DNA of 25,102 bases from NCBI GenBank assembly GCA_045545475.1, contig JAZQAZ010000025.1, positions 1-25,102 on the forward strand, in the 5' to 3' direction. The position numbers and the translations under genes were made by a program. The notes under the pieces were generated by a model, which saw nothing but the letters and a program-made list of their open reading frames with translations, did not search any database and was not told the DNA's origin. This document shows positions 19,701 to 25,102 of this stretch, piece after piece; positions within the stretch are counted from its first letter, which is position 1, and every line of letters begins with the position of its first letter. The DNA comes from Clostridia bacterium. Its GTDB lineage: Bacteria; Bacillota; Clostridia; CAKSNL01; HGM11501.

Positions 19701-20252
19701 TTCTTCGCCCTTATCACGATAGGTGTCCTTTGCTCTGTTCCCCATTCTGAGCACACGGTTTTCTTCATAGTCCGAAGCACTTTCAGAAAAGCTCTTTTCA
19801 TCGGGAACATATTTTCTTCTTATTGAAAAAGCCTCATCCTCGGTTATGCTGCCATCAGAAACCTTGCTCTTGAGATATCCGGTAACGCCAAAATCCCCGT
19901 CCTGAAGGAAATACGTTCCGGCGGTCTTTTCAACTTCCTCAGCAACCGTGGGTTTTGTTTCAACCTTAGAATTGTTTATATAATATTCCGTCTGCTTTTC
20001 ATTTTCCTCATTCGAAAGTCCATTCCAGTATTTAGCTGTAGGCGAAGTGCTTGTAGACACAGCCTTCGGCTGCGGCAAAACTGCCGCAGCCGGATTATTC
20101 ACCGTCGAAGTGTCTAAGACAGAGGAATAGGATCTTTCAGGAAGTTCCTGTTGCTTTTCCCCTGATGACACCACTGGACCTTTTGCAACTCTTTCTTCAT
20201 CCTCTTCCTTTTTTGCAATCTTACCGATTAAAAAATCCCAAATCTTTCCCAT
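10773..20252 (-). CDS. Large polyvalent phage virion (ejection-type) protein with LPD3-like and MuF-C-like BECR domains and a degenerate zincin-like domain
   Basis: ~3160 aa; start ATG 20252 (GAGGTG RBS). MuF-C-like VGRTPNLL..LPMLINQGHL..H..KQLPSMLKSPVMIYDS (~15320-16007); LPD3-like domain (~16740-17342); VLAEEFIHSIE degenerate HExxH; Gly/Ala-rich helical segment. Confidence 0.8.
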   Translation of the reverse strand: MGKIWDFLIGKIAKKEEDEERVAKGPVVSSGEKQQELPERSYSSVLDTSTVNNPAAAVLPQPKAVSTSTSPTAKYWNGLSNEENEKQTEYYINNSKVETKPTVAEEVEKTAGTYFLQDGDFGVTGYLKSKVSDGSITEDEAFSIRRKYVPDEKSFSESASDYEENRVLRMGNRAKDTYRDKGEEGLIGFLVDNTARGHLTYDQAEKMYDDNTKVLYETAGRKNEGIGRRMAELVRDRAETTYLQGGEGALAIYLKNNDMWLNEGEAENIFYSLTGKKTYSDNIEEGLLNELDFWSNRDGKDYIGEYKAAKSDAEFGMKYYNLSEPEEFSVAAETAGNEKEKEWLLNKAKEAYDKRFSEKYKDISSHADYVTAVYELEALYQTGEVYSLSPEAQAELQEEMSWLRDKANETRSVDAAKDVYSRWKEHNESDLEFVTSAKGNPEKDLELILEAMQTADPEGFEEQGEHINRGFLRQHHYTNLQIELADIAWKEMNGYAPKGSYKKLLQRERSRLMEEKEALKTEIDDKEYADLVTKPLEEARKDAAGQVLINRKTKYEPNVENGASLMYLGVNGYLDGYIYDSESGTLLDRDAGETKLYGFSEYDIGDFIDEQEFSFLKYMTEEEKELFNYYHFTKGEQAASEYFEELSEILKKRQTRKKAEYAKEFGEEHPVISTVGRVATSPFTAIAKGVDFIDAAASSIVTGDEMEPEDFRTSYVLRANSEGVTDRIGETFKYEPLNKAAVWLYNAGMSFAESYATVAVYGAYAPIFLSMSAASDAALDATERGGSTGQIITYSILAGGAEYVFEKIGIDELLKAKDIKAARSIFQNILRQGATEGTEEALTSISNALADAFVMADKSQYNISVREYMAQGMTEEEARRKAGADLATSIASEAFAGVFSGGIGGGMVSVYQGFKNKSAGDDINYRGNTKELIDKGLTAPLGSRTYENAVEAAEKFRDNEKAPSEEGAGAFSIETLPDGRKYVQATEQVIHSEDKNTRQYEIMNYINNKVRNGEDVKIELDNGESIYITGRTAWKMGDQGKLGNDIYLVKGNAAGVIDEIVQTSKLKPGKRGFSEAKKEHSDGFGKDGWNYRTAYFRDLDGKYYRMMLSVGITDGKKVAYNLNKIEETTFPGNPVNGSKAQNGKSSLHSNSIAPKGDAVNTQYMQDGGEYSVHNRNNNSVKPMEVGNLYNSMLQEGYITPEEGERYRGVSLRVRQSGEAVGANEVQIAEAERMSRATGREVIFLGGNNDFIGEDGNAYTLQGRAKDGVIYVNPNNGTYISNQVLAEEFIHSIEGTESYTEFVKFVKDLAENTEDINVKAEKAEIEQVYDGAGVEYNLDREFTAQMAAKLLFNDAESVEYLVKNRQSMAGRFFDFLSHYSAKLTGNDEKATVLQARRLLSQALRESEERESTGEVSYSVEFPFNKQVEDALSEKPEFIKSGYSVYVGRTPNLLIKAGLPADLPMLINQGHLRTITADREEGDIHLHGIDKDIVKQLPSMLKSPVMIYDSISVDNKDNSVCILTNFKNDIGEPIIVSIKYSEKGSKYLDVEFNVQKTDKSNYATSMYGKKNFASHLSEIIDSDAVLYVNKARIEKVLDEKNETLKLNADSKLQLLTRLDNLGFDTIIHQSRNVVNTYSMQDGGSYSIARKSGATMEQAQKLFNDLTYNGELTDAEKLREIYKKDPSLFNMLRDVVEGERTIAEEGNLDYAAPYDEALFLMGLVEDSSGYTSEEVAESIDAAGWQVEDINKDGLLLDAEYAIICSENAHDVCGEIVRGINRLVPGAFGYNAEEISEIKSIWQRAYDDPEGYSAELEAKKAEELELAKGPEEIAWNIPENGETVSERAVTSAEKTLERYRKQEGIAEGFFGDSSEGEKQPLSQAEPDSSPYTGEPLDGEAKSIDEVTAEMTAEHREMLKTKSKADFDALKGTEKLKAAGVTGITGSVGLYGHTEQAIEQKQGTREAQKAIREVERVLSPDEIKFAKLVNRGEIDAKYIPESLRRDLILDLAEMYKAQDGFKAAKIGTQKKWDIKFDLRRQLQQVMEGANPDEAKKMDLSAPVIRHKTAKRNVRSIFGEAGSRIYEEIFRPVISNGAERIRFINKALSAVSSFEGENGKSKPLNKWESAAVQLEIEGKGIFADLAKSRVSDIIKKAGAEFAKSKDEADLKKYGFDEGDYALASRYADHLIASEEFNNNGHIDLTRVKNAVPVFEKQYSLFYDAINEFLVAHGEDPIGFIRGYAPHMQEDQVNLLDSVLKRMGFTDGVSKLPTSIAGRTKDYKPNKRWNPFFQTRTTNKTKYDAVEGYESYVMHMADIFYHMDDIMRVRAFSNYLREMYSPEINKTEISKLYDLYYAPLESKKAYLAANSASSVTQDAVITNEMANEEISRLIEKHMEAFKENGKLGNFVTWLDDYTNILAGKQAFGARNQESETGRATLKWSSKILGTFAKSKLAGNLSTVINQTSQLPIIMAEYGQANTARALWDIITNPELRTKLETESDLLTEKQGIDFLKQTKAGKVLDASFKPIEMMDRMMSSLAFRVAYNKAISDGMSHEDAVKAADEKAIDIMASRMKGARPIVFENKAFVNQCIHFFQTEALNTFEHFVYDWPEEDKGKLIGYIVNYLISAFILNRLTETVSGGTPAAFDVLGMAAGYFANGNDETVNEFLKNRGKDLLNIFLSEDMEVSDRDGEFNATKGFSEVGYELANDIPMVSSIAAIFGFGNRSLPIPDISKIKKAYETGKSKGFGSDEFFIDAGSAAAEFVPGGNQIMKTVKGAKLMADGGKYSGEGDKEKLYYPVDNKNPLKWAKALAFGPSALSETDDYYASEAGYLSANETATYRMLVEQGMKEEDAYEVVAGFKDISRDEELAGLAEDFAKVDYIQGLDSEEAKRTMYRELISDSHEDEIEAALSAGMSFDEFLEISAAEKAVNEGYKKPEDVEETDEEADERNAEKRAAFTDRVLGYDLEPSEMAEVFSAFGKFDEGTFMQSGISEEDKIATVEKLWSGSESKEKKAAEYAGAVDAGLTCQEFYDASGDIYEFESDKDSSGKTITNSKKKKVCDYIDSLEFSEEAKDYLYLNVGNYAESTLKDTPWHGGSIRVGSTGGSSRSGSTKKSSTKSTTKKTLGSGGGLGSGGGLGSGGGLGSGGGLGSGGGLGPGGGLK
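10782..10889 (-). repeat. (LGSGGG)x5 plus LGPGGG C-terminal hexapeptide repeat
   Basis: Six 18-bp units with divergent synonymous codons. Confidence 0.92.
14581..14630. repeat. REP-like palindromic element lying in-frame inside the giant CDS
   Basis: GCTCCCCT-GTGTA-AGGGGAGC and GTCAGGC-TCA-GCCTGAC hairpins followed by TGAGGGGTTG. Confidence 0.75.
15355..15383 (+). promoter_or_regulatory. Intragenic antisense sigma-A promoter 1
   Basis: TTGACA-ACATTACGGCTTTGATG (17 nt)-TATAAT, perfect consensus. Confidence 0.8.
15390..15463 (+). ncRNA. Putative small structured RNA antisense to the MuF-C-like domain C-terminus
   Basis: Starts 7 nt after the -10. AAACCCTAAGTTG (15390-15402) pairs with CAACTTTAGGGTTT (15441-15454, 1-nt bulge); inner hairpin GTAAGC-AATTGGA-GCTTAC; T7 tract at 15457-15463. 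Confidence 0.6.
16774..16802 (+). promoter_or_regulatory. Intragenic antisense sigma-A promoter 2
   Basis: TTGACA-GCATCACCTTTTGGTGC (17 nt)-TATACT with TGn extended -10. Confidence 0.75.
16809..16887 (+). ncRNA. Putative small structured RNA antisense to the LPD3-like domain C-terminus
   Basis: GAAGAGACGATTTTCC (16811-16826) pairs with GGAAAGTTGTCTCTTC (16862-16877), 16 bp with two G-U pairs; followed by TATTTTGTTT. Confidence 0.6.
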
Positions 20253-20260
20253 ACCACACC

Positions 20261-21409
20261 TCACAGTCCGGCAAGAGCCTTAATGTCTTCAATACTGTAC
20301 CCTTTAGCTAAAAGTTCTGTTATCAATTCTTTGTAAGCCGCATCGTCTTTATCTTCCTCACTTCCGAAGATTTCATCTGTATACTCATTAAGCTTGTCGT
20401 AGTCTCCCAGTTCCGCCCTTGTTTCAGCAAGGTTATACTTCACTTCATCATCATGCTGTCGGGCATCTTCGTCTAGTAAAGCTTTATTATGCGCCATTTC
20501 ATCATCATGCTGGCTGATTTCTTCGTCTAACACAGCTTGATTATGTGCCATTTCATCATCATGCTGGCTGATTTCTTCATCTAGTAAAGCTTTCTCATGT
20601 GCCATTTCATCATCATGCTGGCTGATTTCTTCATCTAGTAAAGCTTGATTATAGTTCTGCTCCCACACAGCATCGGCCCTTTCATCTTCATATTCTTTTT
20701 CGCTCCATTCTCTGTCATAGTCTTCAGCATAAACATCACGAAGATTCTCCAAATCCTGTTGCTTAAGTTCCTGTTCTTTAAGCCATCTTGAATAAGCATC
20801 TTCCTCAAGCTCAACAGCCTTATCCGCCATGTCCGACATATATTCAGCTTCAGTCTGTGCAGCTGCACGTGCTGCCGCCGTAGATATTCTTCCTCCGGAT
20901 GCCGATGCAATTCTCGCAAGGGTATCACTTCCTGCAGCTTCCATGGCATCGGTATATTGGCTTTTATAATTCGCCCACTTGGAATCATTTTCAATATCAT
21001 AGGAAAATTCATCACGATCCATAAGCTCCGAGCGTCGTTCTTTGTATATGTCTTCTGCGGTTTGCTGTTCACCGACATCTTCTGTGCTGTCAGTTGCTTT
21101 ATATTCAGTTCCGAGACCGTCAATTCCTCCCGAATAGCCGCCCTCCTGCTTTCTCACAGCATTTGCCGATTCATTTGCTACCGCTCTGCCTTCATCTGTT
21201 GTAGCATTATTATAATCAATCTTATAACCCATAAGCTTTTTTCCTGCCTCAGGGTTATTTTTCGCAAGTTCTAAATCCGCATCAGAAAAAGAGCCTGTAA
21301 GTCCGGCACTTTCCACATCCTTTGTAAAATCATCATAAGTATATTTCGTTTTAGGCTGTGGAAGCGTTGCATCTCCAAGTCCTAAAGTAATATTTCCTGC
21401 CACACTCAA
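20261..21409 (-). CDS. Acidic helical phage protein (probable internal virion/ejection protein)
   Basis: 382 aa between the structural gene and the giant gene; ARIASASGGRISTAAARAAAQ motif; start is TTG 21409 or GTG 21403. Confidence 0.7.
   Translation of the reverse strand: MSVAGNITLGLGDATLPQPKTKYTYDDFTKDVESAGLTGSFSDADLELAKNNPEAGKKLMGYKIDYNNATTDEGRAVANESANAVRKQEGGYSGGIDGLGTEYKATDSTEDVGEQQTAEDIYKERRSELMDRDEFSYDIENDSKWANYKSQYTDAMEAAGSDTLARIASASGGRISTAAARAAAQTEAEYMSDMADKAVELEEDAYSRWLKEQELKQQDLENLRDVYAEDYDREWSEKEYEDERADAVWEQNYNQALLDEEISQHDDEMAHEKALLDEEISQHDDEMAHNQAVLDEEISQHDDEMAHNKALLDEDARQHDDEVKYNLAETRAELGDYDKLNEYTDEIFGSEEDKDDAAYKELITELLAKGYSIEDIKALAGL
20435..20650 (-). repeat. 4 x 54-bp (18-aa) repeat NQALLDEEISQHDDEMAH
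   Basis: Four tandem units visible in both DNA and protein. Confidence 0.93.
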
Positions 21410-23254
21410 TCATCCTTTCTTACTGCGACGTGCATATTCTCTTGCCGCCGCATAAATTACATATTCTCCTGTTCCTTCAATTTTCAACGAATAGCTGTCG
21501 CCCCTATGCGGTGCACATCTTAAAAATACCGTTCCGGAAAAATTTTCCCCCACAGTTTTTTTAAGTATCCATGTTCCGTTTTCCTTCTTAAAAATTTTGA
21601 CAGATGCACCTTTATCCGTCTTTAGGCGGACAGAAATGTTCTTAAGCACCTTCTTATCAAGATAAACCTCATTTATCGGGCAAAACTCAGTGTAAGAGGA
21701 AACAATTTCTTCCTCCTTTCCCGGCATAATGCACTCATCAAGTGCGAAAATTTCATTTTCAAATGACGCAAACAGTGTATTTTCAAAAAATACGTATCTG
21801 GTAAAGTCCGTATCATCCTCTCTTAGCCATATGCCAAAAGACGGAGCGAATGTGTAAACTGTAACATCGCCATCCTCACTTCTTGCCGTCGTATAATATA
21901 TCTTGCCGTTATAGCCGGATACTGCCGAAGAAAATTCTTCATTAAGCGACTCCGAAATAATCATCGGAAAAACACCCGAATAATCTACAAACCCCTTCGG
22001 TGATAGATAAATAAGACTTCCGCCGAATGAAAGAAGACTATCGGGTGCAATACATCCCTGTCCCGGAACGGGCGTAATTGATAAACTGAAGTCCGATGGC
22101 AATCCTCCCGTAATTTTGAAAATATAATCTTCTTTGAAAAACACGGGATATCCGTTATAATTACATCCTGCCGTAATGTCTCCCGCCGTCTCAGTGTCTA
22201 TGCTCCAGGCTTCTAAATCATTGGAATAACTGCTCCACGTAAAAGGACTTCCGAGGCCGGATGCATAAATACTGTCGCCCTTATATCCCCAAAGTCTCAT
22301 ATTGCACTCAAACATCCCATCAAGCTCCGGGATCTCTCGCTCCATTGAAAATGATGTCGCTGTAGAAATTATATTTTTAAGCTCCTCGTCATGCGGAACA
22401 ACAAATATATCACTTTCTATATCTTTATAACTGTCGTAATATATTTCATTAATTTTTGTAAATGTCTCATATTTATTCTTGCCGTTTTCGTCCACGACAA
22501 AAATTCTTACAGAATCTCCGGCCTTTATGTCTGTAATACTTCGCATTGCCACAGCAATTCGAAGACCATTTTCCTCTGATGAAGTATCAAGCGCAAATAC
22601 ATCATCCAGACTTATTCCGGACTTTGCATGCTTCTCCGACATTTTCCCATAACGCTTTCCCATAAACACCCACCGTGAGTTAACATTTCTTGTAAGTGCA
22701 ACCCTTTTCAATGCCGCATCGTTGCTCGTACCTGTAATCCACTCTCCGTCGGAATTATGCATATATATTTCTTCGTCCGCCTGAAAATAGTCCCCGTCAG
22801 ATATATCAGCAGTCAGATTCGCCTCGTCCAGAAGCTTCAATGCGTCGGTATCGGAAGTGGAAACATACGTCCCCTTAACTTCTCCGGTAAAATAATACTT
22901 CATATCCGGGTAAATTATTATATAGTCTCCAAGGTTCACAAAGGTTTTCTCATCATTCGTCAGCTTAAACCCCTCTATCTTTTCGCCGTCATAATAAAAG
23001 TCGGCATATCCTTCGCCGTCCATTGCCGCATAATAGAGTTTGTTTCCGGCTCCGAGGCCTATGACCTTGCCGGGAGCCTCAATTATGCTCTTTCGTTTCT
23101 TCCTGGGTTTCAAAACCGGGTAAGCTTCGCTTGACATGTTTCCGGTGTCAAATATCTCTCCGCTTTTTATATATTCCGTTCTGTTAAGTCCGCCCGTAAA
23201 TGATTCCTGAATCATCTCTCTACCGCTGTCAGCATATTTTATCTTAGGAAGCAT
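21410..23254 (-). CDS. Phage structural protein, probable tail nozzle / DNA-stabilisation protein (paralogue of 2814-4739)
   Basis: Start ATG 23254 (AAAGGAG RBS); MRLWG, ASGLGSPFTW and YNGYPVFFKED motifs. Confidence 0.7.
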   Translation of the reverse strand: MLPKIKYADSGREMIQESFTGGLNRTEYIKSGEIFDTGNMSSEAYPVLKPRKKRKSIIEAPGKVIGLGAGNKLYYAAMDGEGYADFYYDGEKIEGFKLTNDEKTFVNLGDYIIIYPDMKYYFTGEVKGTYVSTSDTDALKLLDEANLTADISDGDYFQADEEIYMHNSDGEWITGTSNDAALKRVALTRNVNSRWVFMGKRYGKMSEKHAKSGISLDDVFALDTSSEENGLRIAVAMRSITDIKAGDSVRIFVVDENGKNKYETFTKINEIYYDSYKDIESDIFVVPHDEELKNIISTATSFSMEREIPELDGMFECNMRLWGYKGDSIYASGLGSPFTWSSYSNDLEAWSIDTETAGDITAGCNYNGYPVFFKEDYIFKITGGLPSDFSLSITPVPGQGCIAPDSLLSFGGSLIYLSPKGFVDYSGVFPMIISESLNEEFSSAVSGYNGKIYYTTARSEDGDVTVYTFAPSFGIWLREDDTDFTRYVFFENTLFASFENEIFALDECIMPGKEEEIVSSYTEFCPINEVYLDKKVLKNISVRLKTDKGASVKIFKKENGTWILKKTVGENFSGTVFLRCAPHRGDSYSLKIEGTGEYVIYAAAREYARRSKKG

Positions 23255-23267
23255 ACAACCACTCCTT

Positions 23268-23459
23268 TCATTCTGTCGTTTCCGCCGTATCACTCGGCTT
23301 GTCCAAAAGTTCAGAAAGCTTTTCCGATAACCTTATTATTTCCTGTTCAAAGCTGTCAGTAATTTCAAAGGCCCATCGCCTTAAGCTTTCTATATCCTTC
23401 TTTTCATCGCCCGTTAGCTGCGGAAATTTTCGCTTATCAAAAAGCTCACCGCTTTTCAT
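23268..23459 (-). CDS. Small phage hypothetical protein
   Basis: ATGA overlap with the amidase stop; similar to 2645-2794. Confidence 0.7.
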   Translation of the reverse strand: MKSGELFDKRKFPQLTGDEKKDIESLRRWAFEITDSFEQEIIRLSEKLSELLDKPSDTAETTE

Positions 23460-24046
23460 TCTTTCACCTTCTTCTGATACCGCTCCACAATTGTTCTCAC
23501 ATATTCTCCCGGCACCTTCGCCCTGCCGGATAAAAACACTTCCCAGTTAGGAACATTGGCAAGGGAAATAATTCCGTCGTCAAACATTTTCGTAACAGTA
23601 TCATCTTCTGAAACATTGCCGATATCATCAAAGGGAAAGTGTTTACCGGGGCAAGCCGTTGCCGAAAGGTCAGAATGTCTTTTTATTGGAAGCATCTTTC
23701 CATAACTCTCTCTTATGTGGGCAATAAGAAATCTTCCTGCCTCTTTCTGATAATCTGACATTCTTTCCTTTTCAAAATTTCCTTCAAAGCAAACACCTAT
23801 TGTTGAATCATTAAAACCTTCAGCGTGAGCACCCATCTTTTCTATGGGACGGCCACGGTAAATGCTTCCGTCCTTTCTCACGTAAAAGTGATATCCTATT
23901 CCGATCCATCCGTTCTGCTTTATATGCATATTATGTATATCGTAAATGCCTCCGTTTCCTGCCGCATGATGAAGCACAATAGCGTCGGTTCGTTTTCTTA
24001 CTGAAAGCCCCTTCGCCCACTTAAGCGAAACATCAATTATCTTCAT
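23456..24046 (-). CDS. Endolysin, N-acetylmuramoyl-L-alanine amidase (Amidase_2 / T7 lysozyme-like)
   Basis: IVLHHA, GWIGIGYHFYVRKDG, GAHAEGFN, IGVCFEGNF and RHSDLSATACPG motifs. Confidence 0.93.
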   Translation of the reverse strand: MKIIDVSLKWAKGLSVRKRTDAIVLHHAAGNGGIYDIHNMHIKQNGWIGIGYHFYVRKDGSIYRGRPIEKMGAHAEGFNDSTIGVCFEGNFEKERMSDYQKEAGRFLIAHIRESYGKMLPIKRHSDLSATACPGKHFPFDDIGNVSEDDTVTKMFDDGIISLANVPNWEVFLSGRAKVPGEYVRTIVERYQKKVKE

Positions 24047-24503
24047 CCAAATCGCCTTCTATCTCATGTTCTTTGTTTATAATCTCATCAACTACTGAAA
24101 GTCCCTTAATTAAAAACTCCGGAACATCCACTCCCAGAATAACCAAATTTTCAAGAATACTTCTTATCTCATTAACTATAAATGTGGCCAAAGTAAACCA
24201 CCCGAAAAGCTCAGTAAAAGCTAAATCAATGCCTATAAGCTTCCCCATCTCCGTAAAGCATACTGCGATAAAAAAACCTATTGCAATGCACACCCAATAG
24301 CCCACTTTCTTTACAATTCCCTGCCAGCCTTTATTCGAGTTCTCAGTCTTTGTAAATCTAGCCTTCAGTATGCCCGTTATGTAGTCAACCACATTAAGCA
24401 CCAAAAAGGCACAGAATAAATACCAAAACTGCCCAAATATTCCCGAAAGCAGTGCAACTATCGCACCGCCTATCAGATTAACCTTATGTAATATTTTTTC
24501 CAT
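24033..24503 (-). CDS. Phage holin (toxin secretion / phage lysis holin family)
   Basis: TM helices; VDYITG, GWQGIVKK and NEIRSILENL..LGVDVP motifs; directly upstream of the amidase. Confidence 0.92.
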   Translation of the reverse strand: MEKILHKVNLIGGAIVALLSGIFGQFWYLFCAFLVLNVVDYITGILKARFTKTENSNKGWQGIVKKVGYWVCIAIGFFIAVCFTEMGKLIGIDLAFTELFGWFTLATFIVNEIRSILENLVILGVDVPEFLIKGLSVVDEIINKEHEIEGDLDEDN

Positions 24504-24532
24504 AAAAAATTCTCCTTCAAATAAATGTGAAA

Positions 24533-25102
24533 TTAATTACTCATTTCCAATTTCTTAAGCTTTTCGTCAATATCCCGAAGCACCTCGTCAATCACCTTAG
24601 CCATTTCCGCCCTTGTTATCTGGCTATCTGGCTTAAATGTCCCGTCGGGATAGCCTTCCATCAATCCTGCGAAGTATACGTTCCTTATGCATTTCTCCGC
24701 CCAATGTCCCTCTGTGTCAGAGAAAGGAAGCTTCACCTTCTCCGCCAATACAAGATAAGTATCATCCAAGTTCTTTGTGGTAATGGGAATCCTGTGATAG
24801 CCTCCGTCGCAGTATTCCTTTCCGTAGGAATTTTGCAATATAAAGTTTTCTCCATCCCATCCCACAATTAATTCACAATGCGGTGTGGAAGTATTTCTCA
24901 CCGTCACAAGAGGAAGGTTAAACAGATATAACGCCTTCTTAACATCGGATACAAAATTGGCATTCTGCCTCATCTTGTAAAAGCTTCCCACCTTAAAAGC
25001 CATAGCATGGGGAAACCTTTGGGCGTAGTCCTTCGCCTTCTCTATTGCTTCGGGCACTTCTAAATTTTCGGGAGCAATCGTGCGAAAGCTTGTCCCAATC
25101 TC
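24533..25102 (-). CDS. Papain-like (C1) peptidase C-terminal part plus SLH domain (5'-truncated by window)
   Basis: Frame open to 25102; PHCELIVGWD..FILQNSYG..GGY matches the papain His/Asn motifs; FSDTEGHWA..GYPDGTFKPDSQITRAE is an SLH repeat. Confidence 0.8.
   Translation of the reverse strand, partial: EIGTSFRTIAPENLEVPEAIEKAKDYAQRFPHAMAFKVGSFYKMRQNANFVSDVKKALYLFNLPLVTVRNTSTPHCELIVGWDGENFILQNSYGKEYCDGGYHRIPITTKNLDDTYLVLAEKVKLPFSDTEGHWAEKCIRNVYFAGLMEGYPDGTFKPDSQITRAEMAKVIDEVLRDIDEKLKKLEMSN

Larger units (their letters stand above)
10600..25102 (-). mobile_element. Prophage (podovirus-like late region), continuing beyond the right edge
   Basis: tRNA-fragment att site, giant virion protein, structural genes and holin-amidase cassette, all co-oriented. 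Confidence 0.88.

Noticed and set aside
10832-19810. Numerous alternative-frame and antisense ORFs within the giant gene
   Set aside because: Fully overlapped by a long, coherent CDS and lacking recognisable motifs.

Overview
Bacillota (probably Clostridia-like) chromosomal window with three parts. (1) 1-4739: a minus-strand operon of podovirus-type virion-completion and fibre genes. It is driven by a consensus sigma-A promoter divergent from a cI/LexA-like repressor (5008-5634), with no cro or replication genes between them. (2) 5647-9843: host-like genes (GH20, SLH protein, Cys-cluster protein, CPBP protease, metallophosphoesterase), followed by tRNA-linked structured repeats. (3) 10600-25102: the end of a prophage integrated at tRNA-Lys(UUU), marked by a 45-bp 3' tRNA fragment. 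It carries a papain-like/SLH protein, holin, amidase, a paralogue of the left-module structural gene and a ~3160-aa polyvalent virion protein. The most unusual signal lies inside the giant gene. Each of its two putative BECR-type RNase domains ends in an antisense cassette: a conserved 39-bp repeat, a consensus sigma-A promoter, a ~75-nt hairpin RNA starting at the predicted TSS, and a U-tract. This suggests toxin modules that carry their own embedded small RNA. All product calls come from motif recognition by eye; no database search was run.
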